Shown piece by piece: positions 34,867-42,321 of a DNA stretch of 42,321 nt. How positions within the stretch are numbered: the stretch's first letter is position 1; each line of letters opens with the position of its first letter. Source of the DNA: an uncultured Bacilli bacterium (GTDB lineage Bacteria; Bacillota_I; Bacilli_A; RF39; UBA660); assembly GCA_944351375.1 (NCBI GenBank), contig CALVPN010000001.1:1-42321 (forward strand), written 5' to 3'. The notes beneath the pieces are model-generated. The model searched no databases. It was not told the origin of the DNA and saw nothing but the letters and a program-made list of their open reading frames with translations. A program made the translations under genes and the position numbers.

Positions 34867-35136
34867 ATGTATAACTATGATAAAGTAAAAGATGTTTTAA
34901 ATGATAGAGTTTTAGTTATTGCAGTAGAAGAATTATGCGAATTAAGTCAACAACTTACCAAAACTTTACGTGGTAAAATGAATAAAGAATCTTTATTAGA
35001 AGAGTATGCTGATGCTTTAATAGTAATGGAATGGATTAAAAAGTATTGTAATTTGACTGATGAAGAGATAAAATTTTGGTTAGATAAAAAAAATTCTAGA
35101 AACAAGAAGAAAATAGAGGAGGGAACTTTTAAATGA
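34867..35136 (+). CDS. Small MazG-like (all-alpha NTP pyrophosphohydrolase) protein
   Basis: 89 aa. VEELCELSQQL and LLEEYADALIVM resemble the EExxE / ExxD metal-binding helices of MazG/YpjD-type proteins. The ATG directly follows the nrdD TAG. Confidence 0.55.
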   Translation: MYNYDKVKDVLNDRVLVIAVEELCELSQQLTKTLRGKMNKESLLEEYADALIVMEWIKKYCNLTDEEIKFWLDKKNSRNKKKIEEGTFK

Positions 35137-35675
35137 AATATCATAATATAACAAAAGCGGATATGCTTAATGGTGAAGGTTTAAGAGTAGTTTTATGGGT
35201 TAGTGGTTGTTCTCATAAATGCCCAGGTTGTCAAAATGCGCTTACTTGGGATCCTAATGATGGAATAGAGTTTGATGATAAAGCAATTGAAGAAATTTAT
35301 CATGAGTTAGATCAGGATTGGTGTAATGGTATTACTTTATCAGGGGGAGATCCTCTATTTCTTGGTAATAGAAAGATGATTAGAGATTTAGTTACTAATA
35401 TAAGAGAATTATATCCAAATAAAAATATTTGGTGTTATACAGGGTATACTTGGGAAGAGTTAATGGCTCAAAGAGAGGTTGATACTTATTTAGAAGATAT
35501 TCTTAATAATATAGATGTACTTTTAGATGGAAAATTTATTTTATCTCAAAAGGAAGATAAACTTCATTATGTAGGAAGTGCTAACCAAAGAATAATAGAT
35601 GTTCCTAAATCACTTGATAATAAAGAAATTGTTCTTTATATTGATAATAGTAAAATATTAGAAGGAGTACGTTAA
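35133..35675 (+). CDS. nrdG: Anaerobic RNR activating protein (radical SAM)
   Basis: GEGLRVVLWVSGCSHKCPGCQN carries the CX3CX2C cluster. GITLSGGDP is also present. The start overlaps the upstream stop (ATGA). Confidence 0.92.
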   Translation: MKYHNITKADMLNGEGLRVVLWVSGCSHKCPGCQNALTWDPNDGIEFDDKAIEEIYHELDQDWCNGITLSGGDPLFLGNRKMIRDLVTNIRELYPNKNIWCYTGYTWEELMAQREVDTYLEDILNNIDVLLDGKFILSQKEDKLHYVGSANQRIIDVPKSLDNKEIVLYIDNSKILEGVR

Positions 35676-36112
35676 TGGAAGAAAGACTTAAAGAAGGATT
35701 TACATTAACTATTAGTGGGGAATATGATAATATTTCTGGAGGATACTTGAAGTATGGTAGTGATGGTATAATACCAGCTTCTTTGATTGGAAATGAAGTA
35801 AATAATTTAGAATCATTCCCATCAGTATTAGAAACTATAAAAAGCAGAAAAATATTACAATTGTATTTATCAGGTAATGATATAGTTGGTCTTATGGGAT
35901 CTAGAAAGTATGAGCCGCCTTATGCTGAAATAGAGTATTTAGAAGTTTCTAATATTTCTCATAGTGATAGTGTTATTGGTGTTTTACAAGATTTAGATTC
36001 ACAACTATCTAAAAAAGAAGAAAAAGAAGATGCTAAGATTTATGGAAAGACTATAAAAGCTTATAAGTTATATGGCAGTGGTAAATATGAATTAGAGGAG
36101 AAAAATGGATAA
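35675..36112 (+). CDS. Hypothetical protein (145 aa) embedded in the nrd-dut operon
   Basis: TAATG overlaps at both ends couple it to nrdG and dut. No recognised motif. Confidence 0.6.
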   Translation: MEERLKEGFTLTISGEYDNISGGYLKYGSDGIIPASLIGNEVNNLESFPSVLETIKSRKILQLYLSGNDIVGLMGSRKYEPPYAEIEYLEVSNISHSDSVIGVLQDLDSQLSKKEEKEDAKIYGKTIKAYKLYGSGKYELEEKNG

Positions 36113-36570
36113 TGAAAACAAGAGGTTTTGAAGTAGTAAAAGAGTATGTTGATAAAGGGATTAATTTACCTGTTAGGAAGACAAAAAATTCTGCCGCTTA
36201 TGATATAGAAGCAGCGGAAGAAGTAATTTTACCTAGTTTTAAGAAAGGAATGAAACCAACTTTAATTCCTACAGGTCTTAAAGCTTATATGCAAAGTGAT
36301 GAAGTATTACTTATAGTACCAAGAAGTTCTGGTCCTAAGAAACAAGGTATTAGTTTTCCTCACAATGTAGGAGTAATTGATTCTGATTATTATAATAATA
36401 GTGATAATGAAGGTCATATCTTTATACAGTGTATTAATTTAAAAGATGAAGATGTTACTATAAAAAAAGGTGAAGCGGTAGGTCAAGCGATGTTTCAAAA
36501 ATATTTAATTATTGATGATGACAATGCTGAAGGAACAAGAATTGGGGGTTTTGGTTCTACTGATAAATAG
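36112..36570 (+). CDS. dut: dUTP diphosphatase
   Basis: dUTPase motifs SAAYDI, VPRSSG, GVIDSDY and C-terminal RIGGFGST. Confidence 0.92.
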   Translation: MKTRGFEVVKEYVDKGINLPVRKTKNSAAYDIEAAEEVILPSFKKGMKPTLIPTGLKAYMQSDEVLLIVPRSSGPKKQGISFPHNVGVIDSDYYNNSDNEGHIFIQCINLKDEDVTIKKGEAVGQAMFQKYLIIDDDNAEGTRIGGFGSTDK

Positions 36571-36593
36571 ATAGAATTTTCTATCTTTTTTTC
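36569..36593 (+). terminator. Intrinsic terminator after dut
   Basis: AGATAG, loop AATTTT, CTATCT, followed by T6. Confidence 0.6.
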
Positions 36594-36640
36594 TTTTTCT
36601 ATGATAATATATTTATATAAGATATAAGGAGGTTAAAATT

Positions 36641-36883
36641 ATGGAAGATACAAAATTTAAGATTGAGGTAGACGGTGAAGTTAAGGAAGCAGAGATGTTA
36701 AAGACTGTTAGTTTAGATGGTAATAATTATGCAATTTATGCTATTGATAAAGGTGATGAGACTAGTGATATCTTAGCTTCTCGTATAATTAAAGATAGTG
36801 AAGGTAAAGATGCTTTAGTAGATTTAGAGACTGATGAAGAGAGAAATAAAATAAAAGATATAGTAAATGCAATGTTTTCATAA
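36641..36883 (+). CDS. DUF1292-family small acidic protein
   Basis: 80 aa. The pattern ...DGNNYAIYAI.....SDILASRIIKD.EG...LVDLETDEE... is typical of DUF1292. AAGGAGG lies before the ATG. Confidence 0.78.
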   Translation: MEDTKFKIEVDGEVKEAEMLKTVSLDGNNYAIYAIDKGDETSDILASRIIKDSEGKDALVDLETDEERNKIKDIVNAMFS

Positions 36884-36897
36884 GGTGAGTGATAGAT

Positions 36898-38085
36898 ATG
36901 ATTATGTCATTGGAAGAATTAGATAGAGAGCTTTTGTCTGATGAAGAGAGATTAGTTTCTAGCTTAGAGGAGTATAAGAATGCAAAGGCAACACTTAGAA
37001 AGGCTAGAATCAATTCTATTTCTAATAAACTTCTTGCTCCTTATAGACGTTTTAGAATAGAACAGGCAATTGCTAAATATGATGCAATGATAGAAAAGTT
37101 AGAGAAGAAACGTGAGAAAGAGATTAGAAGAGCAGAGAAGTTACAAGAGAAAGAAGAAATGGAAAGAAGAAAACAAGCTAAAGCAGATTTTAAAGCGGCT
37201 ATTAGAGATAAAAGAAAAGAAGATATAGTAAACTTTGTTAATGATAGAAAAGACGATATTATTAGTTTTGGTAAAGAAATTGGTAGTGAAGTTAGTGATT
37301 CTTTTTCATATATAAGGGAAAGGGGAGCAAGTAGAGTTAGTAGTGCTTCATCATTTGCTATTAATGTTAAGAATTCTGCTATAAAAAAAGTGAAAGAGAA
37401 TACTACTATAGATTTAACTATTAAGAATGCTATAGAAGAAGTTAAGTTAAAATATGCTACTAATAAATATAATAGGGCAGTGGAACAAAAGAAAAAAGAA
37501 GAAGAGCAAGTTAGATTAGAAGCGTTAAATAATGCTATTAATTTTGATGAGGGTGTTAAAATAGAACTTAAGAGTCGTGATGTTCCTTTTTCTAATATAG
37601 ATGAGAAAATACAAAAGGCAAGTAGACAAAGTAGTTATATGGGAAAGGCTACTAATAGAGTTGTTAGATATTTTAAGAGTAAGAAAGATAAGCTAGTTGG
37701 TGATATTAGTGATAAAGTATATGAAACAGGTTTTAATATAAGAGTGAGTGCATATGAGACGATGGGAAAAGTTTCTAAGAGTATGTCTCAAATAAAGACT
37801 GTATTTAATAATGAGTTAAATGACTTAAAAGCCAATGTTAATGATAGATATAATGATATTAAACGTGATATAAAAGAGAAAGTAGATAGTGTTTCTTATG
37901 CTTATCAGGAAACTAAAGAGAAAAAGGAAGTTGAAAGAGCTAACAAAGAACAAGAGCTTGCTATTAAAAGAGCTCAGTTAGATAGTATGAGAGAAGCATT
38001 GGAAGCTGTTAATAACACTGGAGATATATTTGGCAATGCTCCTAGTTTAGATGTAGGTAGAGCTATGAGGCAAAAATTAAAGTAG
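36898..38085 (+). CDS. Coiled-coil hypothetical protein (~395 aa, K/E-rich)
   Basis: The ATG at 36898 lies after AAGGTGAG. Long charged heptad-like sequence with no enzymatic motif. Confidence 0.6.
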   Translation: MIMSLEELDRELLSDEERLVSSLEEYKNAKATLRKARINSISNKLLAPYRRFRIEQAIAKYDAMIEKLEKKREKEIRRAEKLQEKEEMERRKQAKADFKAAIRDKRKEDIVNFVNDRKDDIISFGKEIGSEVSDSFSYIRERGASRVSSASSFAINVKNSAIKKVKENTTIDLTIKNAIEEVKLKYATNKYNRAVEQKKKEEEQVRLEALNNAINFDEGVKIELKSRDVPFSNIDEKIQKASRQSSYMGKATNRVVRYFKSKKDKLVGDISDKVYETGFNIRVSAYETMGKVSKSMSQIKTVFNNELNDLKANVNDRYNDIKRDIKEKVDSVSYAYQETKEKKEVERANKEQELAIKRAQLDSMREALEAVNNTGDIFGNAPSLDVGRAMRQKLK

Positions 38086-38106
38086 AGCTATGAGGTAAGA
38101 ATTAAA
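38057..38106 (+). repeat. 25-bp tandem duplication (23/25 identical) spanning the stop codon of the coiled-coil gene
   Basis: GTAGAGCTATGAGGCAAAAATTAAA (38057-38081) is followed by GTAGAGCTATGAGGTAAGAATTAAA (38082-38106). Confidence 0.85.
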
Positions 38107-38109
38107 TTC

Positions 38110-38138
38110 TTGCTTTTTTCTTCCTATTGGTATATAAT
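38110..38138 (+). promoter_or_regulatory. Promoter-like element (TTGCTT-17-TATAAT)
   Basis: TTGCTT 38110-38115, TATAAT 38133-38138. Lies upstream of the ATG at 38164. Confidence 0.45.
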
Positions 38139-38163
38139 AAGTCTTACTCGAAGGGGAGATATT

Positions 38164-38721
38164 ATGATTTATAAAATAACTAATTTTTCAAAAAGCGAAG
38201 ATAAGTTAATAGGATTTGATGCTAGAAAAGTAAACTTTATTACTTTAGATAAAATTGAGAGTGATGAAGATTCTGTTTCTGAATATTCTATAGAAGAACT
38301 TGAAGAGTTATTAAGTGAATTTTATTTACTTTTAAAAAACTATCCTAATGCTTTAAGTCAGAAGACAATTTTAAAAAGATATGAACAATTGAAACAATAT
38401 GTCCAAAAAAATAATGCTTCTATAGCTAATTGCTATTCTTATTACGATAGAAGAATAAATTATCATTTAATTTCTACATATGGTATAAGGATGATACCTG
38501 ATACTACAAATCTTTTAGACGATGCTGATATTCAAATAACAAAATATGGTTATTTTGATAATAGTTCAAACTTTTTTAAGGGACGGCTTAATTTATCTTT
38601 AGATATTTATGGGGATTTACATTATAATAGTTTGATAATGTGTGATGGTATTTCTGTTGATGTTTTAGATAGGGAAGTCCTAACTTATTTAAAACCTAAT
38701 ATTTTAACAAAACATTTATAA
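38164..38721 (+). CDS. Hypothetical protein (185 aa)
   Basis: The ATG at 38164 lies after AAGGGGAG. The track start at 38110 would include the promoter. No motif recognised. Confidence 0.55.
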   Translation: MIYKITNFSKSEDKLIGFDARKVNFITLDKIESDEDSVSEYSIEELEELLSEFYLLLKNYPNALSQKTILKRYEQLKQYVQKNNASIANCYSYYDRRINYHLISTYGIRMIPDTTNLLDDADIQITKYGYFDNSSNFFKGRLNLSLDIYGDLHYNSLIMCDGISVDVLDREVLTYLKPNILTKHL

Positions 38722-38727
38722 AAACTG

Positions 38728-38757
38728 TTGCATAAACTACATAAACTGTGATATATT
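38728..38757 (+). promoter_or_regulatory. Promoter of the ileS T-box leader (TTGCAT, TGn-extended TATATT)
   Basis: TTGCAT 38728-38733. TG at 38749-38750. TATATT 38752-38757. Confidence 0.55.
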
Positions 38758-38764
38758 TTGTTTA

Positions 38765-38990
38765 GTTTTATTTAAAACAAGTGCGAAAGACGGGAATAAG
38801 GAAAATTTATAGAGAGTTAATGGTTGGTGGGAATTAACAAAGGAACTTATTTCAGATCACTTTCAAGTTGTGCTTTAAGGATAAGTTAAAGCCGGGTAAA
38901 ACCGTTATATTAATAAGATAGATAAAATCTATGAACCAAGGTGGTACAGTGTTAGATTCTTTAACGCCCTTGTGATTCATAGATTTTTTT
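38765..38990 (+). promoter_or_regulatory. T-box riboswitch leader, Ile specifier (AUC)
   Basis: Stem I elements: GA/K-turn region, AGAGA at 38811, and the distal GGTTGGTGGGAATTAAC. A candidate specifier ATC at 38856-38858 is followed by A. The T-box sequence is AACCAAGGTGGTACAGTG (38934-38951). The terminator pairs AAATCTATGAA (38924-38934) with TTCATAGATTT (38976-38986), followed by a T-run. Confidence 0.9.
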
Positions 38991-39007
38991 GTTTAGGAGG
39001 AAAGATT

Positions 39008-42000
39008 ATGGCATTTAAAGAACTTGAAAAAGGTAAGACTCATGAAGTTGAGATGAATATTTTAAAGACTTGGGAGAAGATGGATATCTTAAAACAATGT
39101 ATTGATAATAGAAAGGAGTGTGAAAACTTTGTTTTCTATGATGGACCTGCAACTGCTAACGGAAAACCAGGACTTCATCATATGATGGCTAAGTTTTTAA
39201 AAGATACTTTCTGTAAATATAAGACTATGCAAGGATATAGAGTTCTTCGTAAAGTAGGTTGGGATACTCATGGGCTTCCTGTAGAGTTACAAGTAGAAAA
39301 AGAACTTGGTTTTAGTAATAAGAAAGATATTGAAGAGTATGGTATAAAAGAATTTAATCAGAAGTGTCGTGAGAGTGTTTGGGAAAATGAGAAGGCTTTT
39401 TCTGATTTAACTAAAGAAATGGGACAGTTTATTGATTTAGAACATCCTTATGTTACTTATGATAATAACTATATAGAAACAGAATGGTGGATTCTAAAGA
39501 AATTTTTTGATGAAGGATTATTTTATGAAGGACATAAGATACTTCCATATTGTACTAGATGTGGTACTGGTCTTGCTTCTCATGAAGTGGCACAAGGTTA
39601 TAAAGAAGTAACTGCAAATACTGTTATTGTTCCTATGAAGAAAAAAGATGAAGATGTATATTTTCTTGTTTGGACTACTACTCCTTGGACTTTAATTAGT
39701 AATGTAGCACTTTGTGTTAATCCAAGAGAAGAGTATGTGCTTGTTGAGTCTCAAGGTAATAAATTTATTGTAGGTAAAAAACTAGCTTCTAAGGTATTAG
39801 GAGATGACTATACAGTATTAGAAGAATATAGTGGTAAGAACTTAGAATATATGGAATATGAACAGTTAATACCTAGTTTAAAAGTAGATAAGAAAGCTTT
39901 CTTTGTTACAGTGGATGATTATGTAACTATGGAAGATGGTACTGGTATTGTTCATATTGCACCTGCTTTTGGACAAGATGATTATAATGTAGGAAAGAAA
40001 TATAATTTACCTGTTTTAAACCCTGTTGGTGAAGATGGTAAATATACTGAAGGATTATGGAAGGGTATGTTCGTTTTCGATGCTGATATAGAAGTTATTA
40101 AATACTTAAAAGAGAATGGCAAGTTATTTAAGAAAATTAAAATGGAACATAACTATCCTCATTGTTGGAGATGTGATACACCACTTTTATATTATGCTAA
40201 ACCATCTTATTATTTAGAAGTAACTAAGATAAAAGATGCTGTTGTTAAAAATAATAATAGTGTTAATTGGTATCCATCTTTTGTTGGAGAGAAAAGATTT
40301 GGTAACTGGTTATTAAATATGAATGACTGGGCAATATCTCGTAATAGATATTGGGGTACTCCATTACCTTTATGGAAATGTAGTTGTGGGCATCAAGAGA
40401 TGATAGGATCACGAGCTGAACTTGTGGAAAAAGCGATTGAAGATATTGATGAGACTATAGAATTACATCGTCCATATGTTGATGATATTCATATTAAATG
40501 TAAACACTGTGGTCAAGAGATGAGCCGTGTTAGTGAAGTAATTGACTGTTGGTTTGATTCTGGTTCTATGCCTTTTGCACAATACCATTATCCATTTGAA
40601 AATAAAGAGTTATTTGAAGACCAATTTCCAGCAGACTTTATTAGTGAGGGAATTGATCAGACTAGAGGATGGTTCTATACTTTAATGTTAATTTCTACTT
40701 TTGTTACAGGTAAGAGTCCTTATAAAAACGTATTAGTTAATGATTTATTACTTGATAAATATGGTAAGAAGATGAGTAAAAGTAAAGGTAATATTGTTAA
40801 ACCATTTGATTTAATGAATCAGTTTGGTAGTGATGTTATTAGATTCTATTTACCTTATGTATCTCCTGTATGGACTCCTATTAAGTTTGATAATGATGGC
40901 TTAAAAGAAGTTAATTCTAAGTACTTATCAACTCTTAAGAATGCTTATTCATTCTTTGAGATGTATGCTAATGCAGATAAAATAGATCCAAGGGAATATA
41001 ATGTTCCTGTTAGTGATAGAGATATTACTGATAAGTGGTTACTATCTCGTTTAAACAATACTTTAGATTTAGTTACTAAAGCATATGATCTTTATGATTT
41101 AAATAAAGTAGTTCATTATATTGTAGATTTCTTAAATGATGACTTTTCTAATTGGTATATTAGAAGTAATAGAAAGAGATTCTGGGATAGTGAACTTACT
41201 CTTAGTAAGAAGGCAGTATATCAAACTACTTATGAAGTTTTACTTGCACTTTGTGAGATGGCAGCACCTATTACACCATTTGTTACAGAAGAGATTTATC
41301 GTAATTTGCGTGACGGTAAAAGTGTTCATTTAGCAGATTTCCCTAAAGTAGATGAAACCTTAATATCTAGTGAACTTGAAAATAGGATGAGTTTAGTTCG
41401 TGATATTTGTAGTTTAGGACGTAATGCAAGAGAAGATGTATCTATTAAAGTTAGACAACCTCTTAACTTTATAATTGTTCCTAAAGTGTTCGAAAGCGTA
41501 GTAGGAGAATTAGAATCTATTATCCTTGAAGAGTTAAATGTAAAGAAAGTAGTTTATGAGGATGATATGAGTCTTTATATGGATTATATTGTTAAACCTA
41601 ACTTTAGGATTGTTGGTAAGATGTTTGGTTCTAATATTAAGGATTTTCAAGATTTAGTTAGTAAGTTTGATATTAATGATGTCAATCAGATTAAGTCAGG
41701 TTATTATACTACTGAGTTCTTAGGTAGTGAGTTAAAAATAACAGAAGATATGATTATTACAACACTTAAGAATAAAGAAGGATATTGTGCTTCTAGTAAT
41801 GGTAATATTAGTGTTGTGTTAGATACTACTTTAACAGATGACTTAATACTTGAAGGACTTGCTCGTGAAGTAGTTAGAAAAGTACAAAGTCTTAGAAAAG
41901 AAGCTGATTTTGTTATTACTGATAGAATTAATCTTTACTATAACGGAGAAGAAATTGTTGATGTAATGCTTGATAAGTATATGAATTATGTTAAAGAAGA

Positions 42001-42100
42001 GACTTTATCTATTGAAGTTATTAAAGATGAGAGCCTTGATAAAAATATTCCTGTTAATGATTTAATGATGGGACTTAAAGTAGAGTGCAGAAAAAAATAA
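39008..42100 (+). CDS. ileS: Isoleucine--tRNA ligase (long ~1030-aa form)
   Basis: The ATG at 39008 lies 7 nt after GGAGG. Class I motifs: a HIGH-region variant PATANGKPGLHH and KMSKS (GKKMSKSKGN). Editing domain (WTTTPWTL). Zn-type CxxC pairs (CWRC, CSCG, CKHC). N-terminus MAFKELEKG... Confidence 0.97.
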   Translation: MAFKELEKGKTHEVEMNILKTWEKMDILKQCIDNRKECENFVFYDGPATANGKPGLHHMMAKFLKDTFCKYKTMQGYRVLRKVGWDTHGLPVELQVEKELGFSNKKDIEEYGIKEFNQKCRESVWENEKAFSDLTKEMGQFIDLEHPYVTYDNNYIETEWWILKKFFDEGLFYEGHKILPYCTRCGTGLASHEVAQGYKEVTANTVIVPMKKKDEDVYFLVWTTTPWTLISNVALCVNPREEYVLVESQGNKFIVGKKLASKVLGDDYTVLEEYSGKNLEYMEYEQLIPSLKVDKKAFFVTVDDYVTMEDGTGIVHIAPAFGQDDYNVGKKYNLPVLNPVGEDGKYTEGLWKGMFVFDADIEVIKYLKENGKLFKKIKMEHNYPHCWRCDTPLLYYAKPSYYLEVTKIKDAVVKNNNSVNWYPSFVGEKRFGNWLLNMNDWAISRNRYWGTPLPLWKCSCGHQEMIGSRAELVEKAIEDIDETIELHRPYVDDIHIKCKHCGQEMSRVSEVIDCWFDSGSMPFAQYHYPFENKELFEDQFPADFISEGIDQTRGWFYTLMLISTFVTGKSPYKNVLVNDLLLDKYGKKMSKSKGNIVKPFDLMNQFGSDVIRFYLPYVSPVWTPIKFDNDGLKEVNSKYLSTLKNAYSFFEMYANADKIDPREYNVPVSDRDITDKWLLSRLNNTLDLVTKAYDLYDLNKVVHYIVDFLNDDFSNWYIRSNRKRFWDSELTLSKKAVYQTTYEVLLALCEMAAPITPFVTEEIYRNLRDGKSVHLADFPKVDETLISSELENRMSLVRDICSLGRNAREDVSIKVRQPLNFIIVPKVFESVVGELESIILEELNVKKVVYEDDMSLYMDYIVKPNFRIVGKMFGSNIKDFQDLVSKFDINDVNQIKSGYYTTEFLGSELKITEDMIITTLKNKEGYCASSNGNISVVLDTTLTDDLILEGLAREVVRKVQSLRKEADFVITDRINLYYNGEEIVDVMLDKYMNYVKEETLSIEVIKDESLDKNIPVNDLMMGLKVECRKK

Positions 42101-42151
42101 AATTTATATGAATTTTATAAATTCAAGATAATTTATCAGAGAAAATTGAGG

Positions 42152-42189
42152 AAAACAGGTGTTTTGAAGTGATTTTGCACCTGTTTTTG
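42152..42189 (+). terminator. Intrinsic terminator after ileS
   Basis: AAAACAGGTG (42152-42161) pairs with CACCTGTTTT (42178-42187), followed by T. Confidence 0.8.
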
Positions 42190-42287
42190 TCTTGAACTTG
42201 TATTTTTCTCTTTTTGATTTAATTATCTCCTTATGATAGAGTGTAATCACTTTTCGAAAAGTATTTAATTAGGAAAGGAGAAAAGTA

Positions 42288-42321
42288 ATGTACACTGGAT
42301 ATAGTGAGGAATTTTTAGAAA
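42288..42321 (+). CDS. 5' end of an unidentified CDS (MYTGYSEEFLE...), truncated by the window
   Basis: The ATG lies 7 nt after AAAGGAG. Only 11 codons are visible. Confidence 0.35.
   Translation, partial: MYTGYSEEFLE

Noticed and set aside
36831-36944. CTGATGAAGAGAG strings (also at 35057) resembling hammerhead CUGAUGA cores
   Set aside because: All lie in frame within coding sequence encoding D/E-rich peptides. The flanking helices and GAAA element needed for a hammerhead are absent.
31221-37013. Short ORFs 31221-31421, 32454-32756, 32618-32800, 33325-33633, 33428-33628, 34947-35144 and 36789-37013
   Set aside because: All are antisense or out-of-frame shadows of the nrdD-like, nrdD, mazG-like and DUF1292/coiled-coil genes.
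41136-41333. 65-aa + strand ORF inside ileS
   Set aside because: Out-of-frame internal ORF of a strongly supported gene.
1-42321. Possibility of genetic code 4 (TGA = Trp), given the very low GC content and Mollicutes-like genes
   Set aside because: Several well-defined genes end in TGA (DUF3800, KilA-N, mazG-like). Conserved Trp positions use TGG. No conserved gene is interrupted by TGA.

Overview
This is an AT-rich, low-GC Firmicute chromosomal segment. It uses the standard genetic code (TGA is a stop, TGG encodes Trp), shows Bacillus-like local synteny, and carries sporulation-type genes.

Housekeeping content:
- ponA (partial) and recU
- gpsB plus a type-B RNase P RNA
- rodZ-like, pgsA, recA and rny
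- folD, RNase J, rplM-rpsI, cwlD and htrA
- lemA with a DUF2207 gene
- a ComEC-like MBL lipoprotein with DUF3006
- a translationally coupled anaerobic ribonucleotide reductase operon (nrdD, mazG-like, nrdG, orf145, dut)
- a T-box (Ile, AUC) controlled long-form ileS

Accessory or unusual content:
1. About 7 kb of non-core genes sit between rpsI and cwlD, which I recall as near neighbours in B. subtilis. The block holds a DUF3800 protein, an 867-aa ORFan with a consensus promoter, TraX, an orphan holin-like plus M23 lysin pair, a ZIP transporter and a KilA-N protein.
2. An Abi_2/HEPN abortive-infection gene overlaps the start of htrA.
3. A degenerate ATP-cone NrdD paralogue lacks the Zn-ribbon and glycyl-radical domain. 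It is transcribed divergently from the true nrdD.
4. The DUF2207 gene is split by a +1 nt change in an A5 run.
5. The only long non-coding gap (25.38-26.12 kb) holds an unannotated candidate type I toxin-antitoxin-like module. It comprises a 25-aa hydrophobic ORF with a strong SD, a convergent antisense promoter and terminator, and a bipartite 26-bp complementarity between the 5' end and the 3' UTR.

I saw no rRNA, tRNA, CRISPR array, transposase or integrase. All family assignments come from motif recognition by eye and need HMM or BLAST confirmation.
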